A stretch of DNA of 64,000 nucleotides from Patescibacteria group bacterium (lineage in GTDB: Bacteria; Patescibacteriota; Minisyncoccia; Phycocordibacterales; EsbW-18): the NCBI GenBank assembly GCA_038064475.1, contig JBBTTA010000002.1:83195-147194 (forward strand), written 5' to 3'. This document shows, piece after piece, positions 37,417-48,326 of this stretch. The notes beneath the pieces were generated by a model. That model did not search any database. It saw nothing but the letters and a program-made list of their open reading frames with translations, and was not told the origin of the DNA. A program made the position numbers and the translations under genes. Numbering within the stretch: position 1 is the first letter of the stretch; each line of letters opens with the position of its first letter.

Positions 37417-38622
37417 TTAGATACCCGAAGAGATGTTGTAAATTGGGATCAAAACAGACGCAAGGAGGACTCCCACACCTAAACCAAGGAGAACAATCAT
37501 CGCAGGTTCAATGAGATCGACGAGGTTATCAACCGCCGTGTTCACCTCACGTTCATAGAAGTGTGCGAGGGTTTTGAGGATACTTGCAAGCTCTCCTGTC
37601 TCTTCACCAATACGAATCATTTGAATCATGATGTTTGGTATTTCAGGCGTAAGTTGTAATGAATCAGCAATTGACGAGCCCCCACGCACCGATTCAACAG
37701 CACGCAAGAGCGCATCCTCATAGATTTTATTTCCCACGACAGAACCACTGATCTCGAGCGCGCGAATGACAGGAATACCCGACGATAGCGTTGTATTCAT
37801 GTTGTCAGCAATACGCGAAAGATACAATGTACGGTACAACGAGCCAATATACGGAATAGAAAGCTTCAAATTGCTGACTGTCTCCTTCCCTGCCTCTGTT
37901 TTTGAGTACCGCCATGCCCACACGACACCAAGCAACCCAGCAATAATAAGAAAGACTCCGTAATTTACGAAAAAGTTTGAAATACCAATAACAACGGCTG
38001 TATATGCGGGAACTTCTTGTCCTGAATCTTGCAAAATTGCAGAGAGATTCGGAATAACGGTTGTCAACATCAAAATCATCACGACACAGAAGACTGAAAT
38101 AACGAATGCAGGATAGATAAGCGCGTTGCGTGCTTTTGACGTTACTTCGTAGGTACGATCAAGATAATCGGCAAGGAATAAAAGCGTTTGATCAAGCTTA
38201 CCCGACTCTTCACCTGCCTTTACCATGTTCACATAAAATGGAGAAAAGATTTTTGGATGTTTTTCAAGTGATTTTGAAATTGAACTGCCCGCCTGCAAAT
38301 CATTTGCAACTTCGATAAGTGTTTTTCGGAGAAGTGGTTTGTCTGATTCTTCCCCGAGGAGACGGAATACACGAAGCGCTGACACCTGTGCTTCGAAGAG
38401 TGTTGCAATTTGTCGTGAGAGGATAACGAGGTCTTTGTTCGAGACGTTTTCAAACCATGTAATTTTTCGTTCAAGGATTGGCGTATCACTCGCTTCCTTA
38501 ACCGATGCAACAATAAGCCCGCGCTGTTGCAACGAGCGAATCGCAATATCCTCATTCAAGGCATCGATAGTTCCTTGTGTCTCCTTTCCTTCTTGATCAA
38601 GTGCGCTGTATGAAAAAAGCAT
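37417..38622 (-). CDS. pilC: Type IV pilus platform protein PilC (GspF family)
   Basis: MVKAGEESGKL, ALIYP, IGEETGEL, LIEP. Confidence 0.93.
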   Translation of the reverse strand: MLFSYSALDQEGKETQGTIDALNEDIAIRSLQQRGLIVASVKEASDTPILERKITWFENVSNKDLVILSRQIATLFEAQVSALRVFRLLGEESDKPLLRKTLIEVANDLQAGSSISKSLEKHPKIFSPFYVNMVKAGEESGKLDQTLLFLADYLDRTYEVTSKARNALIYPAFVISVFCVVMILMLTTVIPNLSAILQDSGQEVPAYTAVVIGISNFFVNYGVFLIIAGLLGVVWAWRYSKTEAGKETVSNLKLSIPYIGSLYRTLYLSRIADNMNTTLSSGIPVIRALEISGSVVGNKIYEDALLRAVESVRGGSSIADSLQLTPEIPNIMIQMIRIGEETGELASILKTLAHFYEREVNTAVDNLVDLIEPAMIVLLGLGVGVLLASVLIPIYNISSGI

Positions 38623-38623
38623 A

Positions 38624-38692
38624 TTAGTTACTTATGGCAAACAATGCGTAGATGATTGCAACCGCACCCCCGATGTAGATGAGCACCTTCAT
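38624..38692 (-). CDS. Putative 22-aa single-TM microprotein between pilT and pilC
   Basis: MKVLIYIGGAVAIIYALFAISN*; exactly fills the intergenic gap. Confidence 0.45.
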   Translation of the reverse strand: MKVLIYIGGAVAIIYALFAISN

Positions 38693-38695
38693 AGA

Positions 38696-39760
38696 TTACA
38701 GCAAACGCTCCAGAAGCGTTGGGTTAAGTGAATGCATGCGCGCTGTCTCAACGGTGATGTCTCCTTTCTGCACCAACTCTGCAAGCGATCGGTTCATGTC
38801 GACCATGCCATGATCTGATCCTGTTTCAATCACACTATCAATTTCGTGTGTGCGCCCTTCACGAATGAGGTTCGCAACCGCCTTTGTGTTGATGAGCAAT
38901 TCATACGCTGGCACCAATCCCCCTGACACACGCTGTACCAAACGCTGTGAAAAGATACCGAGAAGTGAGCTTGAGAGCTGAATACGCACCTGATCTTGTT
39001 GTGCTGGTGGGAATGAGTCGATGATACGGTCAATCGTCTGTGCCGCGCTGTTTGTGTGCAAGGTGGAAAGCACCAAGTGTCCTGTTTCAGCCGCAGTCAC
39101 CGCCGTACCAATCGTTTCTTGTCCACGCATCTCACCAATCATGGCAACATCCACGTCCTGACGGAACAATTCAACGAGTGCAGTATGAAAATCTTTTGTG
39201 TCGATACGAACTTCGCGCTGGTTAATCATCGATTTCTTTGGTTCAAACATGTATTCGATTGGGTCTTCAATCGTTACGATGTGATCTGATCGCTCTGAGT
39301 TGATGATATCAATCATCGCTGCAAGTGTTGTTGATTTTCCGTGTCCCACCGGACCCACCACCAAGAAGAACCCCTGTTGGCGACGCGCAAAATCTCCCAA
39401 GACTGTTGGCAAACCAAGCTCTTCAAGCGTACGAATACGCTTTGGCACGAGACGCATCACAATTGATATTGAACCTCGAGACACCGAGCAGTTACCACGA
39501 AAACGTGCCTCATTGTTTTGATAGCTGTATGAAAAGTCAATCTCTTTTTCTTGAAGAAAGAGTTCTTTGTTCTCTTTCGTTAAGAGAACTTCCATAAATC
39601 CTTCCGTGTCTTCTGCAGTGAGCACTTCTTTCTTCACCAAAGGGATGAGCATACCGGATACGCGGACCGTTGGCGGATACCCCGCAGAGAGATGGAGGTC
39701 TGATGCTCCCTCTTTTATCGTAATCTCGATAAGTTCAGTAATTTCTTTCGTGTAATCCAT
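38696..39760 (-). CDS. pilT: Pilus retraction ATPase PilT
   Basis: ASDLHL, GPVGHGKSTT, TIEDPIE, GEMR, AETGHLV.STLHT. Confidence 0.94.
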   Translation of the reverse strand: MDYTKEITELIEITIKEGASDLHLSAGYPPTVRVSGMLIPLVKKEVLTAEDTEGFMEVLLTKENKELFLQEKEIDFSYSYQNNEARFRGNCSVSRGSISIVMRLVPKRIRTLEELGLPTVLGDFARRQQGFFLVVGPVGHGKSTTLAAMIDIINSERSDHIVTIEDPIEYMFEPKKSMINQREVRIDTKDFHTALVELFRQDVDVAMIGEMRGQETIGTAVTAAETGHLVLSTLHTNSAAQTIDRIIDSFPPAQQDQVRIQLSSSLLGIFSQRLVQRVSGGLVPAYELLINTKAVANLIREGRTHEIDSVIETGSDHGMVDMNRSLAELVQKGDITVETARMHSLNPTLLERLL

Positions 39761-39879
39761 AGATTTTGGTTTAAAGGTTTGGAAGTTTTTGGTTTAGAAG
39801 TTGGTATGTTTTTGTAATTATATTCGTGTCATTCGTCCGCCAGTTGGCGGAGCATTCGTGTATTGGTGTCGCGCTTCTA

Positions 39880-41685
39880 TTATTCTATCACAACCTCTTC
39901 AGCAGGTTTTGCAGGTGGAACAACTGCCGCCTCCTCTTCTTCAACACTGTCGTACACACCACCCAAGGTATTCACCTCTTCAAACGGCACAATGCCCTGC
40001 ATGCTCTTAATGATCGCATCTTCTTTCATCGTGAAGAGACCATTCTTTCGCGCAACAGCCATGAGTTTTGGTTCTGTCGGATTCGTCAAAATAATTTGTT
40101 CAATTTCTTTATTCATTTCAAGTACTTCAAACACAGCCATACGCCCCGCCACGCCCTTTGGACATTTTTCTGTTGTCTGCACGCCGTAGAATGATTTTGA
40201 TTTTGGAATTTCTTCGCGATAGTGTTTTGGAATATCGGCAAACTGTTTATCGAGCATTACCTTCAAAGAATCGTCGATTGGAATTTCTTTTCCACCTTCA
40301 GGACATAGTTTTTTCACCAAACGCTGGGCCATCGTAAGCACGAGTGTTGGCGCGATAAGGAACGGATCGACGCCCATGTCGATCAAACGCGGAATAACAC
40401 CAATCGCATTGTTCGTGTGAATCGTTGAGAACACCAAGTGACCGGTAAGCGCCGCCTGAATCGCAAGCTGTGCTGTTTCTTTATCGCGAATCTCACCCAC
40501 CATGATGATGTCAGGGTCCTGACGAAGTGTCGTGCGTAGTCCCGATGCAAACGTGTATCCGATTTCAGGACGCACTTGCGACTGGTTCATACCACTGATG
40601 TTGTATTCCACTGGGTCCTCAAGTGACAAAACGTTTTGGCTTTCGCGATCAACTTCTTGAAGCATTGAATACAGTGTCGTCGTCTTACCAGAACCTGTCG
40701 GACCTGAAATCAAAATCATTCCGTACGGACGTTTGATGGCATCGCGTACCAATTTAAGATTACGTTCTGAAAATCCAATCTGATCGAGCGGCAACACGCC
40801 TTTCTCTTGGTCGAGAATACGGAGCACAATCTTTTCACCGTAGTACGCAGGAAACGTCGACACACGGAAGTCGATTTTGCGGCCGCTGATATGCGCAGAA
40901 AAACGGTTGTCTTGCGGTTTACGTTTTTCATCAAGCTTCATGTTACAGAGAATCTTGATACGAGCGACAATTGCCTGATGCACTTTCATCGGCAATAACA
41001 AGTTTGTCGCCATAATACCGTCAACACGAAAACGTACTTTCAAATTTTCTGGTGTTGGCTCAATGTGAATGTCGGACGCATTACCATCAATTGCATGCTT
41101 CAAAATGGTTGCAACGATTTTCGTAACCGGCGCGTCTTCAACGAGTTCTGTTGCATCATCGTCTTTTGTGCGACCTGCGTCATCAAGACGCTTTGATAGT
41201 TCACGTTCTTCGACCGTCAATTCTGATTCAAGATCAGTCAAAGCCTTCGTCACCTCTCCTGAAAGACCTTGATAGTTTTTTATGACGTCTTCGTAATCAC
41301 TCTCTGTAATAAGAAAAAGTTTGAACGGAATACCGGTCTTTGACGAAATAAACTGCACCGCATCACGTGCTTCGATGTTGTCAGGATCAACCACACCAAC
41401 TTCAAGCACCCCATCAGTAAATGCGAGTGGCACCACTTTATAGTGTCGTGCAGACTCTTCTGGAATATTCGTGAGCACATCAAACGACATCTCGCGCGCA
41501 TTCACGGCGCGTGTTGGCAGACCGTAATAGACACCTTTCGCAGCCAAAATGTCCGTTGGACCCACATCACGTGACAAAAGCACTTCTTCAATGCTTCGTC
41601 CGGAAGTTTGTGCTTCAGTTTCGATTTCTGAAACAACGGCTTCCTGAATCACCCCTTTTTGTACGAGTTCAGAAAGAAAGGACAT
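39880..41685 (-). CDS. pilB: Pilus assembly ATPase PilB (GspE family)
   Basis: ASDIHIEP, GPTGSGKTTT, LRQDPDIIMVGEIRD, TGHLVFSTIHTN. Confidence 0.95.
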   Translation of the reverse strand: MSFLSELVQKGVIQEAVVSEIETEAQTSGRSIEEVLLSRDVGPTDILAAKGVYYGLPTRAVNAREMSFDVLTNIPEESARHYKVVPLAFTDGVLEVGVVDPDNIEARDAVQFISSKTGIPFKLFLITESDYEDVIKNYQGLSGEVTKALTDLESELTVEERELSKRLDDAGRTKDDDATELVEDAPVTKIVATILKHAIDGNASDIHIEPTPENLKVRFRVDGIMATNLLLPMKVHQAIVARIKILCNMKLDEKRKPQDNRFSAHISGRKIDFRVSTFPAYYGEKIVLRILDQEKGVLPLDQIGFSERNLKLVRDAIKRPYGMILISGPTGSGKTTTLYSMLQEVDRESQNVLSLEDPVEYNISGMNQSQVRPEIGYTFASGLRTTLRQDPDIIMVGEIRDKETAQLAIQAALTGHLVFSTIHTNNAIGVIPRLIDMGVDPFLIAPTLVLTMAQRLVKKLCPEGGKEIPIDDSLKVMLDKQFADIPKHYREEIPKSKSFYGVQTTEKCPKGVAGRMAVFEVLEMNKEIEQIILTNPTEPKLMAVARKNGLFTMKEDAIIKSMQGIVPFEEVNTLGGVYDSVEEEEAAVVPPAKPAEEVVIE

Positions 41686-41703
41686 ATGTGTTTGTCGTCG
41701 ACA

Positions 41704-42054
41704 CTACTCCTCGTTTGTCGGCACTGTTGTTGTTCCCACAGCGGCACCAACACCAATCGGCGCAAATGGGTTTGGACGACCAACAGGTTCAGCAGTCAAC
41801 GTAACACTAAAGTCTTCGAGTGTAAGGAATGTTGTGTCTTGAAGAATGCTTGTATCAAGGTTAATTGTTCTCAATTCCTCAAGAATAGCGAGAAGATCCC
41901 CCCCCTCTTCAGCAGGAATATCGTATACAGATTCTGATGTAAGACCTTCGGGAAGTTCGTTGCCTGAAAAGAGCGCATAGCCAACAAATCCAACCGCAAC
42001 AATGCCCGCAAGGATGAGAAGTTTTTTATATTTTTGTATAAAATTTGTTGGCAT
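41704..42054 (-). CDS. Membrane-anchored pilus-associated protein (PilP position)
   Basis: TM segment, C-terminal GRPNPFAP; lies after pilO. Confidence 0.6.
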   Translation of the reverse strand: MPTNFIQKYKKLLILAGIVAVGFVGYALFSGNELPEGLTSESVYDIPAEEGGDLLAILEELRTINLDTSILQDTTFLTLEDFSVTLTAEPVGRPNPFAPIGVGAAVGTTTVPTNEE

Positions 42055-42062
42055 AGTGTAGA

Positions 42063-42620
42063 TTATTTCATCCAATACGTGTCAAATGATATACCGTACT
42101 CTGTAAGGCCTGTTCCCGCACTTGCTTGACCAAATGAGACCGTGCGAAGGTCAACAAGACGAAGGTTGCGTTCAAGATCTGCAATAAATTCAAGAAAACC
42201 CTGATATGTCGTGTTTACACCAAAGGCAACCGGCACCGTGCCGTATGAGGAACTTACAGGACCAAGCCGTCCTGGGACATCGTTTATAGGACTACCACTT
42301 CCTACCTCTCCTACTCCAATATCAAGAAGTGTTAGTTTGTGACGCGCCGCAATAGCGTTGATTTCGATAATCAAACGAACAGAGTCAACGGAATTTGGAA
42401 TAACTCGGTTAATCTTTTCAAGATCGTCCGTCGGAATCGCATTGTATTTTGAAAGCAATGCATCACGAAGCGCAATGAGCTCTTTTGATTTTTCGAGCGC
42501 TTGGTCATATTTATTTTCTTCGGCACCAAGTACTTTCAAGATAATAAACTTTCCGTTTGTATATGAGAAAAAGAGAATGATGGCAACCACTATGAGGATG
42601 AGGCTAATGACGTTCTTCAT
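42063..42620 (-). CDS. pilO: PilO-like protein
   Basis: N-terminal TM, coiled coil, Y..FL.F...LE...RLVD; order pilM-N-O. Confidence 0.75.
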   Translation of the reverse strand: MKNVISLILIVVAIILFFSYTNGKFIILKVLGAEENKYDQALEKSKELIALRDALLSKYNAIPTDDLEKINRVIPNSVDSVRLIIEINAIAARHKLTLLDIGVGEVGSGSPINDVPGRLGPVSSSYGTVPVAFGVNTTYQGFLEFIADLERNLRLVDLRTVSFGQASAGTGLTEYGISFDTYWMK

Positions 42621-42622
42621 AT

Positions 42623-43291
42623 TTATAGAGTTTCGGGAACCTTTTCAACAGGTTCTTCTTCGTTTTCCGCACCAGCAACTTCTGACGGAATGGTTATCAC
42701 TGCAGTTCCTGCGTCTTTCAAACGACCTTCATATGATACGACTGATGGATCAATGAGCGCGGTGACACTAAATTCAACATCACCACGATCATCAAGAGAG
42801 AAGCCTGAAAAGACTGGCTCTCGAATGAAGCGATTCTTCCCAAATTCATCCGACTGCAATGCCACTGATGCAAATGAACGTGCAAGACCCGACATGGTGA
42901 TACGCACACCCAAAGGTTCGAGAGCGTATCCAAAGTCAGTGAACTGCACCGTCTCAAGTGTTACACCTTGCAAGAGCTCAAAAATACCAGTCACCGCTAT
43001 ATGCGTAGAAAGGAGCTCTTCTGCTGTCCTCAGTTTTGTGTCGAGACGTGAAAGTTCACGAATAAGCTCAGGTTCAAATGCCGCACGTGCCTTCTGAAGC
43101 TCTTCCTTCTTTCGCACAATAGAACTTTCAAGGAATTTTTGATAGCCAAATACCCCCGCTGCCGCAGCAACAGAGAGTATGAAGAGAAGCATCGAAATGA
43201 TGAAAAAGAGACTGGTGACGCGCGCCGGTTTTACTGGACCAACATCGAAGCTTTTCTTCGGAATGAATGATGTCTGAAATTGTTCCGCCAT
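42623..43291 (-). CDS. pilN: PilN-like protein
   Basis: QTSFIPK, TM, coiled coil, ferredoxin-like region with SGLARSF; follows pilM. Confidence 0.72.
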   Translation of the reverse strand: MAEQFQTSFIPKKSFDVGPVKPARVTSLFFIISMLLFILSVAAAAGVFGYQKFLESSIVRKKEELQKARAAFEPELIRELSRLDTKLRTAEELLSTHIAVTGIFELLQGVTLETVQFTDFGYALEPLGVRITMSGLARSFASVALQSDEFGKNRFIREPVFSGFSLDDRGDVEFSVTALIDPSVVSYEGRLKDAGTAVITIPSEVAGAENEEEPVEKVPETL

Positions 43292-43354
43292 GATTTCTAC
43301 ACCTTAGTATATGATACCCACGCGTCTGCGCAACAAACATCTCCACACTTTTGC

Positions 43355-44476
43355 CTATGCATTTTCTTCAAGCTTGCGGAGTGCCACACCGATTGCCACA
43401 TCGAACTCTGGACCCACTTCATGCAGGATATCTGCAAGAAACGCTGGTGTTTCAACCTTTCTGAAGGGGTCTGCGACAACCACGTCCGTTTGCAAAATCC
43501 CTTTCACGCGCTCTGCAATACCGGGAAGCAAAATTCCTCCGCCCGTCAGAACTACTTTTGCAACATTGCGAGAATGTTTTTTCTGATAGTTAAGCATCAC
43601 ACGCTGTGCCTCGGTAATGAGCGAGTCGAGGACGAGTGAGACAATTTCTGCAACATCGGTGTCCTTTCCCTGCTTCACCACACCATATGTTTTTTTGAGT
43701 TCTTCCGCACGTTCAGGTGTCACCCCAAGCGCTTTTGAAACAGCAATTGTAATTTCTTGTGAGCCACGACTAATGACGTGTGATTCACGCAACACTTTTC
43801 GGTCGATAATGTAAATTTTTGTCGTCCCCGCACCCATACCAATAATCATCGTTGGTGCAAGATCTTCTTCGAGCGCGACACGAATCGTACTGAACACTTC
43901 AATTTCAAAAAAACTTGGATTAAGTTTTGCCGCACGAATCACTTCGTTATATCGATTAATCGTTTCTCTGTGAATCGCAACGGTGAGTATTTCTACTTTC
44001 TTTCCGGGAGTCCCTGTTACACCTTCGGGTGGAGTATCCGATTCAACTTTTGGAACAATACGCCAATCGAGCATCACTTCGTTAATGCTTACTGGAATAT
44101 ATTTGCGCACTTCTAAAGGCACCATTTCTTTGAGACGCGCCTCACCAATATCAGGCATTTCAATCACATTGATCAAACTCGACGCAAGAGGAATTGCAAC
44201 GCCACATTCCATCGTGGTGACTTTTGCTTCGCGCACAAGATCAGCAACCGCTTCGGCAAGTTTCGTTGTTGAAAGTGCTGTCGCCTTCCCTGCTTCAACA
44301 CCTGCATAGGGACCAAGCGCAAGTTCTCCGTAGGTTTCCAAAACCGCACGGCCATGACGGCGCGATAGTTGCACAACCTTTATCGTTGATGAGCTGATAT
44401 CAACGCCCAAAACGCTCTTGGCTTTAGCCTGTGCAAGACTACCAGTGAGTTTTCTAAGTGCGTCACCAAAAGACAT
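43355..44476 (-). CDS. pilM: Type IV pilus assembly protein PilM
   Basis: LGVDISSSTIKVVQL, LTGGG..LPG, VAIGVALR actin-like fold. Confidence 0.92.
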   Translation of the reverse strand: MSFGDALRKLTGSLAQAKAKSVLGVDISSSTIKVVQLSRRHGRAVLETYGELALGPYAGVEAGKATALSTTKLAEAVADLVREAKVTTMECGVAIPLASSLINVIEMPDIGEARLKEMVPLEVRKYIPVSINEVMLDWRIVPKVESDTPPEGVTGTPGKKVEILTVAIHRETINRYNEVIRAAKLNPSFFEIEVFSTIRVALEEDLAPTMIIGMGAGTTKIYIIDRKVLRESHVISRGSQEITIAVSKALGVTPERAEELKKTYGVVKQGKDTDVAEIVSLVLDSLITEAQRVMLNYQKKHSRNVAKVVLTGGGILLPGIAERVKGILQTDVVVADPFRKVETPAFLADILHEVGPEFDVAIGVALRKLEENA

Positions 44477-44521
44477 ACATTTGAAAGAAATTTGATGCCC
44501 TTAGTATAGCGTGAAATCACT

Positions 44522-45199
44522 ATGGAATGGAAACACCTATGCGCATATGTTTTTCGGCTTGTGTGTGACATGGTTTTTCCACTTCCACCATCACGACGTT
44601 ACCTTGAAACACTGTCCGCCGATACGTTGTGCCTGCGCGCGAAGCGCGCTTCAAACGATACCGTGCTTAAAAAGCTCTCTGCCGAAGCACTTTTCGCCTA
44701 TCGAGACCCCCTTGTTCGCGATTGTATTCATGCGCTGAAATTTGATCGCATGAAAAGACTCGGATTTGTCTTTGCAGATGCTTTATACGACACCTTTCAT
44801 GAAGATATGGTGTATGAACATCTTCTTTCACCCGTGAGCACACTTCTCGTCATTCCGATTCCTCTTTCGCGCGAACGCTTACGCGAGCGAGGATTTAATC
44901 AGTCACTTCTCATTGCTGAACATTTTGTTAAGCGTTTTTCTGATACAGCAGTTGTGTGTGCTCCGCATGTACTTGTACGAACTCGACATACAGAAAAGCA
45001 AGCGCTCCGCCTTGGAAAGGCGGAGCGTGAAGCAAACGTTCGTAATTGTTTCAAAGTTGCTTACCCTGAACATACTTCAGGAAAACGAATACTCCTTATT
45101 GATGACGTCATCACGACAGGCGCCACAATGCGAGAAGCGCGTCGTGTACTCCTTGAAGCTGGAGCGTTTTCTGTGAACTGTGTCGCCATAGCGCACTAA
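44522..45199 (+). CDS. comF: ComF family competence phosphoribosyltransferase
   Basis: IPIPLS..RLRERGFNQS, LLIDDVITTGAT. Confidence 0.9.
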   Translation: MEWKHLCAYVFRLVCDMVFPLPPSRRYLETLSADTLCLRAKRASNDTVLKKLSAEALFAYRDPLVRDCIHALKFDRMKRLGFVFADALYDTFHEDMVYEHLLSPVSTLLVIPIPLSRERLRERGFNQSLLIAEHFVKRFSDTAVVCAPHVLVRTRHTEKQALRLGKAEREANVRNCFKVAYPEHTSGKRILLIDDVITTGATMREARRVLLEAGAFSVNCVAIAH

Positions 45200-45223
45200 T
45201 ATTCCTTGCGATATAGTAGAGTC

Positions 45224-46459
45224 ATGACTGAAGACCGAAAACTCCTCGAATCGCTCTTGTGGCGTGGCTGTCGTGATGCTGTCATTAAGGAAGACATTCA
45301 AAAACAACTTGCGTCAGGAAAGAAACTTCGCATAAAGCTTGGGATTGATCCAACGGGAAGCCGCATTCACATCGGACATGCAGCCGTTATCCGCAAACTC
45401 GCACACTTTCAAAAACTTGGACATAAGGTCGTATTGATTGTTGGTGACTTTACTGCACAGATTGGTGATCCGTCGGATAAAAAAGCTGAGCGCCCACCAC
45501 TGACACATGCTGACGTGAAGAAAAACATGCGAACGTACAAGAAACAGCTCTCTCGCCTTCTCAATACATGGAAAGCAGAGGTTCGCTACAACAACAACTG
45601 GCTTGGTAAAATGAAATTCGCCGACGTTATCGAATTGATTCAACCTTTTTCTGTAGCTCAGATGATGGAGCGTGACAACTTTGCGCTTCGACATAAAGAA
45701 GGCAAACGCGTAGGTCTCCATGAACTTCTCTACCCCATCATGCAGGGTTACGATTCAGTTGCAGTAAAAAGTGACATAGAAATTGGTGGCACTGATCAAC
45801 TTTTTAATCTCCTTACCGGACGTGTTGTACAGCTTTGGCATAAACAAAACAAGAAGTACCCAGGCCCAATTCAAGACGTGATTACATATAATCTTCTCAT
45901 TGGTCCCGATGGCCGCAAGATGAGCAAATCATGGGGCAATTGTATTTGGATTGATGACGAGCCAAACGAAATGTACGGCAAACTCATGTCAGTCAACGAT
46001 GAGCTCATTGGAGACTATTTCACGCTCTGTACTGATGTGAGTGATGAAGAACTTGCTCGTGCAAAAGAAGAACTTGCTCAAGGGAAAAACCCCCGTGATC
46101 TCAAAGCACGCATGGCATTTGAAGTAACAAAGGTTTTCCACGATGCTGATAAGGCAAAGGCTGCCGCTGACGCCTTCGACAAACAATTCAAGAAAAAAGA
46201 AATACCAGAGAAAATTGAAGAGTTTGTTTTTGAAACACCACCAAAAAACATAGCCGAGGCACTATATGTCTCAGGTGTTTCTGAAAGTATGTCAGCAGGT
46301 TATCGGTTGGTTGAGCAAGGTGGTGTTCGTATCAACCAAAAAAAAGTACTTGACGTTGCGCAAGAAATTGAATCAGGCGACACCCTTCAAGCTGGCCCAC
46401 GCAGATTCAAAAAAATCATTATTCGAGGACGAATACAAAAGAAAGAAGATGGCAGATAG
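45224..46459 (+). CDS. tyrS: Tyrosine--tRNA ligase
   Basis: GIDPTG..HIGH, YPIMQGYD, GGTDQ.FN, KMSKS, S4 domain. Confidence 0.96.
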   Translation: MTEDRKLLESLLWRGCRDAVIKEDIQKQLASGKKLRIKLGIDPTGSRIHIGHAAVIRKLAHFQKLGHKVVLIVGDFTAQIGDPSDKKAERPPLTHADVKKNMRTYKKQLSRLLNTWKAEVRYNNNWLGKMKFADVIELIQPFSVAQMMERDNFALRHKEGKRVGLHELLYPIMQGYDSVAVKSDIEIGGTDQLFNLLTGRVVQLWHKQNKKYPGPIQDVITYNLLIGPDGRKMSKSWGNCIWIDDEPNEMYGKLMSVNDELIGDYFTLCTDVSDEELARAKEELAQGKNPRDLKARMAFEVTKVFHDADKAKAAADAFDKQFKKKEIPEKIEEFVFETPPKNIAEALYVSGVSESMSAGYRLVEQGGVRINQKKVLDVAQEIESGDTLQAGPRRFKKIIIRGRIQKKEDGR

Positions 46460-46471
46460 AATATAGCAAAA

Positions 46472-46662
46472 GAGAACACCGGCATTCGATATATCGAATG
46501 CCGGTGTTCTTGCTTCTTGAGGTGTGTATAAAAAAATCCCCTCCCGACACATTCTATCGTTCTATAGAACGATAGAATGTGTCGGTATTCTTGATTCGTG
46601 ACCTGCCTGACGAACAGGTGGGTCCTTACTTCTGTTTTCTATTTTCTGTTTTCTGTTCTCTC
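46472..46662. repeat. Cluster of palindromes and heptamer repeats downstream of tyrS
   Basis: agaacaccggcattcgatatatcgaatgccggtgttct; ccgacacattctatcgttctatagaacgatagaatgtgtcgg; (ttttctg)n. Confidence 0.7.
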
Positions 46663-46668
46663 AATTTC

Positions 46669-47085
46669 CTACCACAAAGCTAAAATGATTGATGACACAA
46701 GAACAGCCGATGTCATATATCCAAACTCAATGTAGTAAAGTTTCCATGGACGACGGTGCCACAATACTGTTCCAACACTTGAAAACAACACAAATCCAAG
46801 TGATACAAACACCGTCAATCGAATTGCGTCGATGACAGAGTACACATCGGCGAGCATAACAGCATACGCAAGAACGTATGCCATAAAAAAGAGCGACACA
46901 AAATAAATCGCCATCGTTTTTCTCATTTTTGGCTTTCCTTCTGCCATGTACTGCTGATGCATTTCTTCAGTGTAGCCAGCAAGTGCGCGCCATTTTTGGC
47001 CGAACATTTTATTGCTATACCACAACCAACCGAGTCCGAACGAAACGAGTGCCGATAGAATGACTGCCCAAATATTTATTAACAT
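46669..47085 (-). CDS. DUF1761-like membrane protein
   Basis: INIWAVIL..LGWLWYS..FG..W; four TM segments. Confidence 0.78.
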   Translation of the reverse strand: MLINIWAVILSALVSFGLGWLWYSNKMFGQKWRALAGYTEEMHQQYMAEGKPKMRKTMAIYFVSLFFMAYVLAYAVMLADVYSVIDAIRLTVFVSLGFVLFSSVGTVLWHRRPWKLYYIEFGYMTSAVLVSSIILALW

Positions 47086-47108
47086 ATAGTTTTTAGGCTA
47101 CTAATAAT

Positions 47109-47534
47109 TTATTTTGTATCGAGGTCTAAGCAGACGGAGTTAATGCAGTACCGCTTCTTTGCTATTTGCCCGTCTTGCCGGACCACCTGCCTGCCGGCAG
47201 GCAGGTCATCAAACACATGCCCCAAATGACTACCACATTTTGTACAGCGTACTTCCGTGCGATGCATCCCATGTGATACATCTTCTTCAAGCGTCACCGC
47301 ACCTGGAAGTGCATTGTCAAAACTTGGCCATCCTGTTCCAGAATCAAACTTCGTGTCTGACGAGAACAACTGCGCGCCGCAGGCCTTGCACGCGTACATT
47401 CCTTTATCTTTTGTGTGCACATACTGACCTGAAAACGGCGCCTCTGTGCCCCCATGTCGCAATACTGTAAACTCCTCCGGCGTTAGTTTCTTTTGTAGCT
47501 TCTCGTCAAACTCCTGGTCTGATTTTGTATGCAT
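47109..47534 (-). CDS. msrB: Peptide-methionine (R)-S-oxide reductase
   Basis: GTEAPF, Cxx[26 protein letters not shown]. Confidence 0.95.
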   Translation of the reverse strand: MHTKSDQEFDEKLQKKLTPEEFTVLRHGGTEAPFSGQYVHTKDKGMYACKACGAQLFSSDTKFDSGTGWPSFDNALPGAVTLEEDVSHGMHRTEVRCTKCGSHLGHVFDDLPAGRQVVRQDGQIAKKRYCINSVCLDLDTK

Positions 47535-47536
47535 GA

Positions 47537-48121
47537 TTAGTAGTTGAACTCACTGAATGTGATGTTTGTAGGAACGACAAACACTGACGCGTCTGCGTCC
47601 CACGAATCACAATCATACTCAAAATCTGCCAATACATCTCCTGTTGCAACGTCTGGTGTGCCACCTTGTGCTTCCACTTCTGCACGCGCATTTGCTGCTG
47701 TCGTTTGTGCTTCAGCAACACTTATTTTTGATCCGAATGGCACCATGTCTGTCCACGAGTACACATACGTACCATCACTAATCATGTGCGCCGTGTACGC
47801 AACACCACTCGCACTTCCCGATACTGTGCTTGAGAACTTTCCATCTGATGTGTAAATCGTTCCTTCTCCTGTGTAATTGTCTGCCTCAACTTCCCATGTA
47901 CATACACGGTCTCCGCCGCGTCCTGCGAGGTCAAAAACATTTCCTGAAAATTGTGAGTCACCACCTGCATTGTCTGAATCATCCGATGAATCACTTGTGT
48001 CACTACCCTTTCGTGCCGCAACTCCCCATGCAATACCTCCGATGAGAAGTACCGCAACAATACCCATAATGATTTTTGATGAGCCTGTTGCGGCTGTTGT
48101 TTCTGTTGTTACTGGATCCAT
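47537..48121 (-). CDS. Membrane-anchored secreted hypothetical protein
   Basis: N-terminal TM, S/D linker, C-terminal C..W..D.S.F.VP. Confidence 0.65.
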   Translation of the reverse strand: MDPVTTETTAATGSSKIIMGIVAVLLIGGIAWGVAARKGSDTSDSSDDSDNAGGDSQFSGNVFDLAGRGGDRVCTWEVEADNYTGEGTIYTSDGKFSSTVSGSASGVAYTAHMISDGTYVYSWTDMVPFGSKISVAEAQTTAANARAEVEAQGGTPDVATGDVLADFEYDCDSWDADASVFVVPTNITFSEFNY

Positions 48122-48222
48122 ACACAAAAAATACCCTTACTTATAAACTAATAAAAAGTATAGCATTTGGCTTTTATGCCACAGACAAAGAGTGACTATT
48201 CGGTGGATTCCAAAAAATATCT

Positions 48223-48326
48223 TGGCGGAGACGGTGGGATTCGGTCACGAGTTACTAAGTCGCTTCGCTCCTAAGTACTCTCGACCCCGCCTCGGCTTCG
48301 CCTGCGGCCTTCGAATCCCCTCGTCA
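48223..48326 (-). mobile_element. tRNA 3'-associated element with duplicated tRNA-Ser 3' end (distal end of island)
   Basis: ggcggagacggtgggattcg at 48224-48243 and 50171-50190; rc reads gggattcgaaggccg..cgaggcggggtcg..actta..ttagtaactcgtgacc, matching the tRNA-Asp copy. Confidence 0.75.
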
